From an uncultured virus (IMG/VR IMGVR_UViG_3300003690_002543) (lineage: Duplodnaviria; Heunggongvirae; Uroviricota; Caudoviricetes): a DNA stretch of 64,000 nucleotides. The stretch lies in IMG/VR virus record IMGVR_UViG_3300003690_002543. One strand, written 5' to 3'. Both the position numbers and the translations under genes were made by a program. A model generated the notes under the pieces. The model saw nothing but the letters and a program-made list of their open reading frames with translations, had not been told where the DNA came from and searched no databases. Shown piece by piece: positions 39,369 through 49,297 of the stretch (position 1 is its first letter; the number at the start of each line of letters is the position of its first letter).

Positions 39369-40199
39369 ATGAATATATTGGTAACAGGTGGAACAGGATT
39401 TTTGGGAAGACATATTATTGAGAAATGTCTTAATGTTGATCATAATGTAATTAGTTTATCTCATTCTGAGGCTAGAGAAAAAGAAGTACAATTATTATAT
39501 CCAAATGTTTCTTTTTATTCTTTAGATATTTCACACAATAAAGATATTCTTGATTCTATTGTAAAAAAGCATAAAATTGATTATATTATTCATACAGCAG
39601 CAATGAAGTATATCGGTATTTGTGAAAATAATCCATCAAGAGCAGTTCAGGTTAATATTGATGGAAGTAGAAATATTATTGATGTTGCAGTAAAAAATAA
39701 TATAAAAAATGTAATTGCTGTGAGTACAGATAAGGCAATTAATCCAACTAGTGTTTATGGTTCTTCAAAATTTCTCATGGAAAAATTAATGTTAGAAAAT
39801 AATTTTTCTGTTATTCAAGGAGTTAATTTCTTTTTTTCAACTGGAAGTGTTTTAGATCTTTGGGAAACTTGCAAGAATAAAGAGAAAGAAATTGGAGTTA
39901 ATGTTGAGAATACTGTTCGTTATTTTGTAAATGCAGATGATGTAGCAGATAAAATTTTAGAAAATTTGGATACTAGAGGATCTTATCTTTCTCTTGATGA
40001 ATGTTATAGGATGAGTTTACATGATTTAGCAAAGGCTTTTTGTGAGTATCATAATTATTATAAAACCAAAGATTATGTTTCAATTTCTGCTGAAAAAACA
40101 ATTGAAGAAATACCAGAAAATGTATTGATCATAAATGCAGACAATAATATAATAAAATCTTTATTGCATGAACACTATTTAAAACAGGTAAAGGTATGA
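39369..40199 (+). CDS. NAD-dependent nucleotide-sugar dehydratase (UDP-GlcNAc 4,6-dehydratase-like)
   Basis: LVTGGTGFLG, HTAAMK, VSTDKA, YGSSK. Confidence 0.8.
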   Translation: MNILVTGGTGFLGRHIIEKCLNVDHNVISLSHSEAREKEVQLLYPNVSFYSLDISHNKDILDSIVKKHKIDYIIHTAAMKYIGICENNPSRAVQVNIDGSRNIIDVAVKNNIKNVIAVSTDKAINPTSVYGSSKFLMEKLMLENNFSVIQGVNFFFSTGSVLDLWETCKNKEKEIGVNVENTVRYFVNADDVADKILENLDTRGSYLSLDECYRMSLHDLAKAFCEYHNYYKTKDYVSISAEKTIEEIPENVLIINADNNIIKSLLHEHYLKQVKV

Positions 40200-41017
40200 A
40201 AATTGATAAGGTAGTGGTATCTTGTAATGATGATCCTTTTTATTCGGATTATTGGCCAATAGTGTCTAAAGTTTGGAAAGTTAAAATGGGAATTGATCCT
40301 GTTTTAATTTATTTTGGTGATGCATCAAAACTTTCAACTGAATATGGAACAGTAGTTGAAATGGAAAAGTTGGAAGATGTTCCTATGCACACTCAAGCAC
40401 AGTGGGGAAGATATTGGTATACACAATTTGAACTAGAAACAATGTGGTTAATATCAGATATTGATATGATGCCTCTATCTAAAGATTATTTTGTCAATTC
40501 AATTAAATCTATATCAAGAGAAATTGAACCTATAGTTCATTTTAATACTAATATAGAATATTATCCTGATAGAGAAGTTTGGGATATTGAACCTTCACAT
40601 GCTGGGCGTAAAATGTGTCTTCCAACTTGTTATAGTGCAGGTAGTGGTAAAATAAGAAAAGAAAGTTTAGATTTGGTTCCTTCTTTTAAAGAATCTATTG
40701 AGAATCTTAAATGGGAAGAAAATGTTTATGATCATGCACCGAATGGTGTCATGTGTTCTCATTGGTATGCAGAAGAATCTTATCAAGAAATAAAATTGTT
40801 AGAATGGATAGAGAAATATCCTAATAGATTTTTTAAAGTTAGAAGGCCTGGTGGGTGGTGTGGGAATAGGTTAGATAGAGGCCATAATTATATGCCCCAT
40901 TGGGATAAAAATGCTCTTTTACTTGAATTGTATATGGATTTTCATATGCCTCGTCCATGGATTAAATTTGGTGAAGAAATACAAGAAGTAGTAAATTGTT
41001 ATTTGAATGGAGAATGA
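40196..41017 (+). CDS. Putative glycosyltransferase
   Basis: ISDIDMMPL DxD motif, DFHMPRP; island context. Confidence 0.45.
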   Translation: MKIDKVVVSCNDDPFYSDYWPIVSKVWKVKMGIDPVLIYFGDASKLSTEYGTVVEMEKLEDVPMHTQAQWGRYWYTQFELETMWLISDIDMMPLSKDYFVNSIKSISREIEPIVHFNTNIEYYPDREVWDIEPSHAGRKMCLPTCYSAGSGKIRKESLDLVPSFKESIENLKWEENVYDHAPNGVMCSHWYAEESYQEIKLLEWIEKYPNRFFKVRRPGGWCGNRLDRGHNYMPHWDKNALLLELYMDFHMPRPWIKFGEEIQEVVNCYLNGE

Positions 41018-41020
41018 AGA

Positions 41021-41752
41021 ATGAATCATTATACTATTTTGATGATGGGATATAATTCAAAACCATGGATTTATAAATCATTAGAATCTGCTCTTGTTCA
41101 GGATCACGAAAATTTTGATGTTATTGCAATTGATGCTCAAACCACTGATGGTACGTATGAATGGTTGTTAGAACAAGAAAAACATTATAATAATCTAACA
41201 GTTGTCAGAAACCAAACACGAAAATATCAAACACAAAATGTGTATGAAGGTTCTCGGTTGGCCAAAGAGAATTCTATACTTGTTACGTTGGATTTTGATG
41301 ATTGGTTACCACATGATCAAGTATTGAAAGTATTAGATAAATATTATTCTGATGCTATTTGGATGACTTATGGCTCCATGTATAAAACTAGCAATACTTC
41401 TGTGTGGGGTTATAGTAGATATCCAGATGATATTATTAAAGAAAATAAATTTCGTAAAACTGATTGGCGAGCGAGTCATTTACGAACATTTAGAAGAGAA
41501 TTGTTGATGAAGATAGAAGAAAAAGATTTTAAAGATGATCTCGGTAATTGGATTACAGTGGGGGGAGATTTAGTTTTTATGTGGCCTATGTTAGAAATGT
41601 GTGGAGAAAGATTTAAATTTATTCCGGATCCTCTTTATGTGTATAATGAAAATAATGAAAATTCAGAATTTAGAACGTCTGTTCCTTTGATTCTTGAAAC
41701 AGAAGATATGATAAGAAATAGAAAACCATATGAAATAATTAGTAATTTATGA
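41021..41752 (+). CDS. GT2 glycosyltransferase
   Basis: SLESALVQ..IDAQTTDGT..LDFDDWL..SHLRTFR..LYVYN. Confidence 0.82.
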   Translation: MNHYTILMMGYNSKPWIYKSLESALVQDHENFDVIAIDAQTTDGTYEWLLEQEKHYNNLTVVRNQTRKYQTQNVYEGSRLAKENSILVTLDFDDWLPHDQVLKVLDKYYSDAIWMTYGSMYKTSNTSVWGYSRYPDDIIKENKFRKTDWRASHLRTFRRELLMKIEEKDFKDDLGNWITVGGDLVFMWPMLEMCGERFKFIPDPLYVYNENNENSEFRTSVPLILETEDMIRNRKPYEIISNL

Positions 41753-42645
41753 AATGTGTAATACCACAAAAAGAAAGAATACACACAGATAGGTTTGTGG
41801 AAATGGCTGATTTTAGATATGAATTGGGTTATTCTATACCAAATAAATCAGGTGAGATTTATACTATATTTTGTAAAACAGATTTTATTCATAATTTATT
41901 GAAAGAAATTCGCCAAAATTTACAATCAGAATACATTATTATTACATCTGAAAGTGATTATGGAATTACACAGGAATTGTGTGATTCAATGCCTGCAAAC
42001 GTGAAAAGATGGTTTGCACAGAATGTAATGTGTTATCATGAAAAATTAGAATCTATTCCAATTGGTTCTGTTGATGTAACATGGATTGGAGAAAAAGAAT
42101 TTGCTTATGATATAGAATGGATTGGTGGTTTGGAAGATATACATCAATATAGAAAAATTGAAGAAACTGGAAAAAGTAAAGATTTTATAAATTTAGTTTA
42201 TATGAATTTTTGTGTACAGTCGAATCCTACCATAAGGATGCCTGTATATGAATATTTTAGAGATAAAGATTGGGTAACGGTTCGCCAATGTCTTGTTGAT
42301 ATAGGAAATTACCCCAATTCACTAAATTCAACCTTAAAAGAAGAATATTATGAAGAGTTGTATAATCACAAATTTGTGGTATCTCCTTTAGGGGGTGGTG
42401 TTGATTGTGGGAGAGTTTGGCAGGCGATATGTTTGGGAACGATACCAATAGTTTTTAATCATCGAAATTTAGATTTTTATAAAGAACTTCCTATTCTTGT
42501 TTATGATAATATAAATGAAATTACTAAAAATTATTTGGAAGAAAAATGGGAAGAGATGTCAAATAAAAAATATGATTTGAGCAAAGCAACAGTTAGTTAT
42601 TGGAAAGATAGAATAGAAAAGGAAAAATATGCTCAAATTAAATGA
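41749..42645 (+). CDS. Exostosin/GT47-like glycosyltransferase
   Basis: HKFVVSPLGGGVDCGRVWQAICLGTIPIV. Confidence 0.7.
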   Translation: MKCVIPQKERIHTDRFVEMADFRYELGYSIPNKSGEIYTIFCKTDFIHNLLKEIRQNLQSEYIIITSESDYGITQELCDSMPANVKRWFAQNVMCYHEKLESIPIGSVDVTWIGEKEFAYDIEWIGGLEDIHQYRKIEETGKSKDFINLVYMNFCVQSNPTIRMPVYEYFRDKDWVTVRQCLVDIGNYPNSLNSTLKEEYYEELYNHKFVVSPLGGGVDCGRVWQAICLGTIPIVFNHRNLDFYKELPILVYDNINEITKNYLEEKWEEMSNKKYDLSKATVSYWKDRIEKEKYAQIK

Positions 42646-43276
42646 TTATAATGAAATGTTAGAAATGTTTGAAACTAATCATAGCTGTAGTGATTCAGGC
42701 CCCGGATTTCATGGTGATTTGAGATTAATAGAATTAACAGATATTCTTTTAAAAAACTCAGATGCATTTATAGAAACAGGTACAAATATGGGAAATACTT
42801 TATATTTTGTTTCTAGAAATTATGATATCTCTTGTTTTTCTTGTGAAATAATTTCGAATAGAACACCATCCCATGTCATAGAATATTCTAATGTTTATTG
42901 GAGAAATACAAATTCTCCTTCTTTTTTATATGATATTGTGGAACAAGATGAGGATCTTCTTAATAAAAAGTGTTTGTTTTATTTGGATGCACATTTTGAT
43001 AATCAGATTGAAATTCTTTTTTCTGAATTGGAATTTATAATAAACAATTTTTCTGATTATTATATTTTTGTAGACGACTGTGATATAAACAATAACTTAT
43101 TTTTAAATAATGGTTATAATATTGATGATATAATTACTAGGTTATCTTCAAATGATAAAGTTTTTATTCCAAACTACAGCGATGGAACATCTCAATTTCA
43201 TGATTTGTGTGGGTGGGCACTCATAACAAATAGCGACGAAAGTGAGTTTGTAAATGTGGAGGAATATTGTAAATGA
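42629..43276 (+). CDS. SAM-dependent methyltransferase-like protein
   Basis: FIETGTNMGNT..SCE..FYLDAH..IFVDD. Confidence 0.65.
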   Translation: MLKLNDYNEMLEMFETNHSCSDSGPGFHGDLRLIELTDILLKNSDAFIETGTNMGNTLYFVSRNYDISCFSCEIISNRTPSHVIEYSNVYWRNTNSPSFLYDIVEQDEDLLNKKCLFYLDAHFDNQIEILFSELEFIINNFSDYYIFVDDCDINNNLFLNNGYNIDDIITRLSSNDKVFIPNYSDGTSQFHDLCGWALITNSDESEFVNVEEYCK

Positions 43277-43896
43277 TATTGAATACAAATAGATCATTGA
43301 TGCAGTTGGTTTCATATCCAAGAACTGGTAGTCATTGGTTTAGAGTTATAATGGAGCAATATTTGTCGAGGCCCTGCCTGCCCGATTCTTTTTTTAATAC
43401 TGATTTAAATAATCCATGGGCATATCATCTTCACGATAGAATTGTTGGTTTTGGTGATGAAGGATATACAAATAATTTTGATAAAGTTATTTACTTATAT
43501 CGCAATCCAGTTGATACTATTTATTCTATGATGAGATATGAAAAAAATGATGATTGGAAACAATTTGTCACAGAATATAAAACTCATTTGCAACGATGGT
43601 TACATAACCATGATGATTGTAAAAATTATATTGCAGTAAAATATGAGGATATTCAAAAAGATTATGGTAAAGTATTTAAATGTGTTTTAGATTATATGGA
43701 TGAGGAATATAATAAAGATTTGTTGGATGTGTGTTATAATAAAACCACACATGAATTAGTAAAATCTTTGACATCACATGACGATCAAATAGTAAATCAG
43801 GATATTTTTAGTGGGGATTATAATATAACTAAAGCTGAATTTGTGACTGAGTGTAAACAACATATTATCGAAATGTTCGATGGGATATATGAATGA
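43273..43896 (+). CDS. Sulfotransferase (family 1-like)
   Basis: VSYPRTGSHW, IYLYRNPVDTIYS, VKYEDI. Confidence 0.8.
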   Translation: MILNTNRSLMQLVSYPRTGSHWFRVIMEQYLSRPCLPDSFFNTDLNNPWAYHLHDRIVGFGDEGYTNNFDKVIYLYRNPVDTIYSMMRYEKNDDWKQFVTEYKTHLQRWLHNHDDCKNYIAVKYEDIQKDYGKVFKCVLDYMDEEYNKDLLDVCYNKTTHELVKSLTSHDDQIVNQDIFSGDYNITKAEFVTECKQHIIEMFDGIYE

Positions 43897-44828
43897 AAAA
43901 AGTAATGAATATATTTGATATGGATATTTCACATTCTAATAGTTGGAAAGAGGCTGGATTGGAATGTGGAATACGTGGAGAAGAAAATGTACATTTGATT
44001 ACTTCTCCAAATGTTGTTGAGTGGGTAAGAGAAAATGAATCTTTTAATGAAGAAAATGATAATACTGGAATAACTGTTATTACAGATTGTTTTTTGAAAC
44101 CACAATTTAAAGAAGGTATAGATTTACTAGATTGTTTGACTAAAATCGGACTTATTATAGAATCTCCTATTGTACATCCACATGTATATGGGGATATTTT
44201 TTTGTTGGAAGATTGTTTTGATTTTATCTTTACTTTTGATAAAAAATTATTAGAAAGTAATCCAAGAAAATACAAGTTTATATCTGCTGATTGGGTTTGT
44301 ATCGAGGAAATTTCTCATGATATATCAGAAAAAAATAAATTGGTTTCTATGATTTATTCACACCATAAGGATGGTGATCGTCAATTACGACATATGGTTG
44401 CAAATAAATTTAAAGAAAAACTTGACTTGTTTGGTTCTGGTTCCACAAAGGGAGAGACATTATTAAAGTCACAAACTCTGAATGATTATAGATTTTCTAT
44501 TGTCATGGAAAATTGTATATCAGATTATTATTATACTGAAAAAATTATTGATTGTTTTATTACAGGAAATGTGCCTTTATATAGAGGTACTGAATGCATT
44601 TCGGAATTTTTTGATAGTGGGGGGATTATTCAATGGAAAACTTTAGACGAATTGCAAGAAATAATTGAAAATTTATCTATTGAGCAGTATGATAAAATGT
44701 TACCTTCCATCAAAAAGAATTTTGAATTAGCGCATAAATATATAAACCCTGATGATATTTTATATGAATTGATTCAGAAATGTTTAGATAATAATAAATA
44801 TGATACAAAAAAGGAATTTTTATTATGA
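43893..44828 (+). CDS. GT10-like glycosyltransferase
   Basis: IIESP..YRFSIVMEN..YYTEKIIDCFITGNVPLYRG. Confidence 0.75.
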   Translation: MKKVMNIFDMDISHSNSWKEAGLECGIRGEENVHLITSPNVVEWVRENESFNEENDNTGITVITDCFLKPQFKEGIDLLDCLTKIGLIIESPIVHPHVYGDIFLLEDCFDFIFTFDKKLLESNPRKYKFISADWVCIEEISHDISEKNKLVSMIYSHHKDGDRQLRHMVANKFKEKLDLFGSGSTKGETLLKSQTLNDYRFSIVMENCISDYYYTEKIIDCFITGNVPLYRGTECISEFFDSGGIIQWKTLDELQEIIENLSIEQYDKMLPSIKKNFELAHKYINPDDILYELIQKCLDNNKYDTKKEFLL

Positions 44829-45415
44829 GAACAATTTCTAATACTGAAACATATAATTTTTGGTTTAATAATCCAGAATTTGATGAACACGATCAATTTG
44901 GATCAAATTATTATGTAAATGATTTTTATAAGAAAATAGTTTTTAATTTAGATATTCCAAAAGAAGGTTATATTGTGGTAGCAGGGACACATAAAGCAGT
45001 TTCTTTTAATCTTCTTTGTGAGAAATATGGAAAAGATCGATGTATTGGTTTTGATTTATATAATCCATCCGAACATCCTTGTATAAAAATACAGGATTGC
45101 AATGAATTAAATGAAAGTGATAATATTCCTATTGCATTTGCTCATAATGATATTGGTAGTTTGAGTCATACTCCTGATTTGAAAATTCATACACATAAAT
45201 GGTTAACATCAAATGTTATTGGTGGTGGTTATTTATTAGGAAATAATAATTTGAATAGAGCAAAATTTAAGTTTGAAGAATATATGAAAGATAATGGATT
45301 TGTTAATACACAATTTAAAGATCTAGACCCCAGTAAATTCGCTATTAGTGAGTTCCCACATGAAAGAATTGAGGGGTATATGATTTCTAAAAAGATATGT
45401 GGAGATATGGAATGA
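44825..45415 (+). CDS. Hypothetical protein, possible divergent methyltransferase
   Basis: IVVAGT..CIGFDL..HNDIG..GGYLL resembles a class I SAM fold. Confidence 0.4.
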   Translation: MRTISNTETYNFWFNNPEFDEHDQFGSNYYVNDFYKKIVFNLDIPKEGYIVVAGTHKAVSFNLLCEKYGKDRCIGFDLYNPSEHPCIKIQDCNELNESDNIPIAFAHNDIGSLSHTPDLKIHTHKWLTSNVIGGGYLLGNNNLNRAKFKFEEYMKDNGFVNTQFKDLDPSKFAISEFPHERIEGYMISKKICGDME

Positions 45416-46275
45416 AAATAATTAAATATGATACCAATAAATATTATTTTGCTAGACTTGTGCAAAGTTTATTTGATGTAAGTTTGGAAGATCTTGATAG
45501 CACGGATCAAAAAACAAATCTTACATTGGGTAATGATACAAAGACAGAATTTCATAAAATCTTTTATGCAAGGTTGGATCAAGGGGGGGGTTGGCCAGAA
45601 TTTCAGAATGTATATGATGCATTTATACGAGAAATAGTATTTCCTATGTTTGAAGATGATACGATTCTTTATCAGAAAAACCCCGGAATTCGTTTCTGTC
45701 GCCCAGAAGCAAAGGCAGTTTACAGATGGCATTCGGATGGTGATTCTCATCATAAACATCCACTCGGTGAATTGAATATTTATTTACCTTTGACAAAATC
45801 ATTTGATACAAATACTGTTTGGGTGGAAAGTCTTCCTGGCTTGGGGGATTTTGCACCTGTTAATTTAGAATATGGTGAATTCTTATTGGGTTATTTAAAT
45901 CAATGTCGTCATGGAAATAAAGATAATGACACTGGTAAGACAAGAGTGAGTTTTGATTTTAGAGTGATGCCGGGATTTGCTTATGATGAGGATTATGAAC
46001 TAGTTACCTGTACAACGAAACAACCATTTNNNNNNNNNNNNNNNNNNNNNNNNNNNNNNNNNNNNNNNNNNNNNNNNNNNNNNNNNNNNNNNNNNNNNNN
46101 NNNNNNNNNNNNNNNNNNNNNNNNNNNNNNNNNNNNNNNNNNNNNNNNNNNNNNNNNNNNNNNNNNNNNNNNNNNNNNNNNNNNNNNNNNNNNNNNNNNN
46201 NNNNNNNNNNNNNNNNNNNNNACTCCAGACACCTTTGATCCTATTGAAAATGCAAAATTAGGCGCTGCATGTTAG
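45412..46275 (+). CDS. StrG-like 2OG-Fe(II) oxygenase-fold protein; the 3' part spans a 192-N gap (46030-46221)
   Basis: WHSDGD..NIYLPLT..HGN..TRVSFDFRV (HxD..H..RxS). Confidence 0.65.
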   Translation: MKIIKYDTNKYYFARLVQSLFDVSLEDLDSTDQKTNLTLGNDTKTEFHKIFYARLDQGGGWPEFQNVYDAFIREIVFPMFEDDTILYQKNPGIRFCRPEAKAVYRWHSDGDSHHKHPLGELNIYLPLTKSFDTNTVWVESLPGLGDFAPVNLEYGEFLLGYLNQCRHGNKDNDTGKTRVSFDFRVMPGFAYDEDYELVTCTTKQPFXXXXXXXXXXXXXXXXXXXXXXXXXXXXXXXXXXXXXXXXXXXXXXXXXXXXXXXXXXXXXXXXTPDTFDPIENAKLGAAC

Positions 46276-46934
46276 ATCCAAATGAATATGAAAAAAATTT
46301 ATTAGAATATATGATGGATCTTTATAATTTAAAAGATCCTTGGGATGTGGTAGATTATTTTGAAAAACTTTTGGCAGAATATGCAGGAAGTAAATATGCA
46401 GTTGCAGTTGATAATTGTACTGATGCAATGTTTCTTTGTCTTAAATATTTGAAAGCAGATGGGGAAATAATTTTACCTAAAAGAACATACGTTTCAGTTC
46501 CTTGTACGGTTATTCATTCGGGATGTATAGTAAAGTTTGATGATATTGAGTGGAGTGGGGCATATCAATTAACACCATATCCGGTTTATGATTCTGCAAC
46601 TAGAATGAAAAAAGGAATGTATATTAAAAATTCTTATTATTGTCTTTCTTTTCACAGGAAAAAGCATATTGCAATTGGGAAGGGTGGTATGATACTTACT
46701 GATGATAAGAAAGCATATGATTGGTTTAAGGTTGTTCGATATGAAGGTAGACACATGGATAGGTTATATAAGGACGATTTCTTTGATACAATAGGGTGGA
46801 ATATGTATATGTCACCAGAACATGCTGCTAAAGGAATTTATTTATTCAGAAAACATATAAAAGAAGATAGTGGTGATTTAGAAAGTTCTGGGATGCACAA
46901 GGATTTATCGAGGTTTCCGATATATGAAAAATAA
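46269..46934 (+). CDS. Short DegT/DnrJ/StrS-family PLP aminotransferase
   Basis: FEKLLAEYAGSKYAVAVDNCT..TYVSV..YDSA..SFHRKKHIAIGKGGMILTDD. Confidence 0.8.
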   Translation: MLDPNEYEKNLLEYMMDLYNLKDPWDVVDYFEKLLAEYAGSKYAVAVDNCTDAMFLCLKYLKADGEIILPKRTYVSVPCTVIHSGCIVKFDDIEWSGAYQLTPYPVYDSATRMKKGMYIKNSYYCLSFHRKKHIAIGKGGMILTDDKKAYDWFKVVRYEGRHMDRLYKDDFFDTIGWNMYMSPEHAAKGIYLFRKHIKEDSGDLESSGMHKDLSRFPIYEK

Positions 46935-47748
46935 AATTTCAGTTAAATTGGTGGGGCCCGGTGAAATTGTGCCAGGTTTTCATAATTTTGGATTGTGTAA
47001 TCAAATGTTTCAAATTGCGGCAGCAATAAGCTATGCATGGGATAATGATTTTGATGCAATATTTCCTGTTTTAAAAGACAAGAATAAGTATGGAACATAT
47101 ACGAATAATATTTTTAGGAAACTTAATATTGAAAATGAATTACCTCGTGAACATGGATCTGCATCATATGGATTATTTAAAGAAGAAGGTTTTTTATATA
47201 ATCCTATTCCAAAAAGGGACCAATCTTTTATAATACACGATAGTTATTTACAAAGTGAAAAATATTTTTGTCATAATAGAGATTTGATTTTAGATTTGTT
47301 TGAGGCAAGAGAAAAAGATATTGAATATTTAATGAAAAAATATGGTGAAGTTATTGAAAAAGAAAATACAGTATCTTGTCATATTAGAAGAGGCGATTAT
47401 ATAAAATTAAAAACTTCTCACATTCCTTTGTGGGAAAGTGATTATTATAAAAATGCTTTGGATGAATTTGATGATCCATTTTTAATTATTTTTAGTGATG
47501 ATATTGAGTGGTGTAAAGAATATTTTTCAAATGAGAAAATTTTATTTGTTGAAGAAGAAGATTATTTAGAATTATATTTAATGTCTATGTGTAAGAATAA
47601 TATTATTGCAAATTCTTCTTTTTCGTGGTGGGGTGCATGGCTTAATAAAAATTCAAATAAAAAAATTATTGCTCCATCTCAATGGTTTGGACCTGAACAT
47701 GTAGTTACAGATAATGATTTAGTTCCCGAGAAATGGATTGTTATATGA
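46924..47748 (+). CDS. GT11 alpha-1,2-fucosyltransferase-like
   Basis: GLCNQMFQ, YLQSEKYF, HIRRGDY, IFSDDIEW, IIANSSFSWWGAWL. Confidence 0.9.
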   Translation: MKNKISVKLVGPGEIVPGFHNFGLCNQMFQIAAAISYAWDNDFDAIFPVLKDKNKYGTYTNNIFRKLNIENELPREHGSASYGLFKEEGFLYNPIPKRDQSFIIHDSYLQSEKYFCHNRDLILDLFEAREKDIEYLMKKYGEVIEKENTVSCHIRRGDYIKLKTSHIPLWESDYYKNALDEFDDPFLIIFSDDIEWCKEYFSNEKILFVEEEDYLELYLMSMCKNNIIANSSFSWWGAWLNKNSNKKIIAPSQWFGPEHVVTDNDLVPEKWIVI

Positions 47749-47761
47749 AAAGAGACTTATT

Positions 47762-48175
47762 ATGATTGATGTATATTCTAAAATTGAACCACAAAAATTA
47801 TTACATACTGTTTATCGTATAAAAGATTTTGAAGGTGATAGAGAGGATTTTACTTCGGAGGATAAATATTTACAGGGTGCTGTAATTCGTTTTGATGCGG
47901 GCAAAAAATTTAAAGCACATCAACATATTCGTTGTGATAGAACAACTGATATTACACAAGAAACATGGGTTGTAATTAGAGGTTCTGTGTTAGTAAAATA
48001 TTATGATATTGATGGGAAGTATTTAGATGAACAAATAATTAAAGAGGGTGATTGTACAATTACCTTTGCAGGAGGTCATAGTTTTAAAGGATTGAGTGAT
48101 GATACTTTTGTTTATGAGTTTAAATCGGGTCCATATTTTGGGAGAGATGTAGATAAGGTGTTTATTGATGATTAA
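47762..48175 (+). CDS. Cupin (WbuC-like) protein
   Basis: AHQH..TQETWVVIRG..GGHSF..EFKSGPY. Confidence 0.7.
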   Translation: MIDVYSKIEPQKLLHTVYRIKDFEGDREDFTSEDKYLQGAVIRFDAGKKFKAHQHIRCDRTTDITQETWVVIRGSVLVKYYDIDGKYLDEQIIKEGDCTITFAGGHSFKGLSDDTFVYEFKSGPYFGRDVDKVFIDD

Positions 48176-48710
48176 ATTACATGTGGGTTGTGGTTGGAGG
48201 AATTTTGGAAGTGATTGGATTCATATAGATGGGGGAGATTATGATCATTTGGATCATCATGATGCTTTAAATTTATCATATGAAAATGAAAGTGTTGACT
48301 TGTTATATTCTTCACATATGTTAGAATATTTTGATAGGGATGAAGTATTGAAAATTCTTAATGAGTGGTATCGTGTTCTTAAGATTGGTGGTACATTGAG
48401 AGTTGCTGTTCCAGATTTTTCTAAGATGTCTGAATTATATTCTAATGGTGATATTAATTTATCACAAATCCTTGGTCCTCTTTATGGTAAGATGTTGATG
48501 AAAGATCAAACAATATATCATAAAACAGTTTATGATTTTAATGCATTAACAGAGGTATTAAATTTGTGTGGGTTTAATGATATTAGAAAATATGATTGGA
48601 GAGAAACGGAACATTCGGAATTTGATGACCATTCTCAAGCATATATTCCTCACATGGATAAAGAAAATGGAATTTTGATTAGTTTAAATGTAGAAGCAAC
48701 AAAAATATGA
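48165..48710 (+). CDS. SAM-dependent methyltransferase
   Basis: LHVGCG..SVDLLYSSHMLEY..EWYRVLKIGGTLRVAVPD. Confidence 0.85.
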   Translation: MMIKLHVGCGWRNFGSDWIHIDGGDYDHLDHHDALNLSYENESVDLLYSSHMLEYFDRDEVLKILNEWYRVLKIGGTLRVAVPDFSKMSELYSNGDINLSQILGPLYGKMLMKDQTIYHKTVYDFNALTEVLNLCGFNDIRKYDWRETEHSEFDDHSQAYIPHMDKENGILISLNVEATKI

Positions 48711-49297
48711 GTTTTGGTTCGGTAAAAAAGTTTGAAAATGCGATAGCAATTTTTTTTGGTTCGAAATATGCTGTGGCTGTAGATTGCTGTACACATGGTA
48801 TAGAACTTTGTTTAAGATATATTAACGCAGACGATATTACAATTCCTGTACGAACTTATCCTTCGGTTCCATTTTTGGGGCATAAATTGAATTTGAAATG
48901 GTCATGGAGAGAAGAAGATTGGAAAAATTATTATTGTATAGGAAATACAAATGTATATGATGCTGCTGTATTGTGGGAAAAAAATAGTTATATTCCAAAT
49001 ACATTTATGTGCTTGAGTTTTCAATTTCAGAAACATTTGAGTCTTGGTCGTGGTGGTATGATATTAACTGATGATGAAATTGCTGCTAAAGAATTAAAAA
49101 AAATGTCTTATGACGGAAGAGAACCTGATGTTCCATGGCGAAAGCAGAATATTAAAACAATTGGTTATCATTATTATATGACTCCTGAAACAGCAGAATT
49201 GGGTATAAATAAATTAGTAGAAGCAATGAACACAGTTCCTCGTGAATGGTCAATTACAGATTGGCCAGATCTTAGAGATATGGAGATTTTTAAATGA
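48707..49297 (+). CDS. Short DegT/DnrJ/StrS-family PLP aminotransferase (second paralog)
   Basis: FENAIAIFFGSKYAVAVDCCT..YDAA..SFQFQKHLSLGRGGMILTDD. Confidence 0.8.
   Translation: MSFGSVKKFENAIAIFFGSKYAVAVDCCTHGIELCLRYINADDITIPVRTYPSVPFLGHKLNLKWSWREEDWKNYYCIGNTNVYDAAVLWEKNSYIPNTFMCLSFQFQKHLSLGRGGMILTDDEIAAKELKKMSYDGREPDVPWRKQNIKTIGYHYYMTPETAELGINKLVEAMNTVPREWSITDWPDLRDMEIFK

Noticed and set aside
46030..46221. Long N run (also 4737-4742)
   Set aside because: Assembly gaps, not biological features
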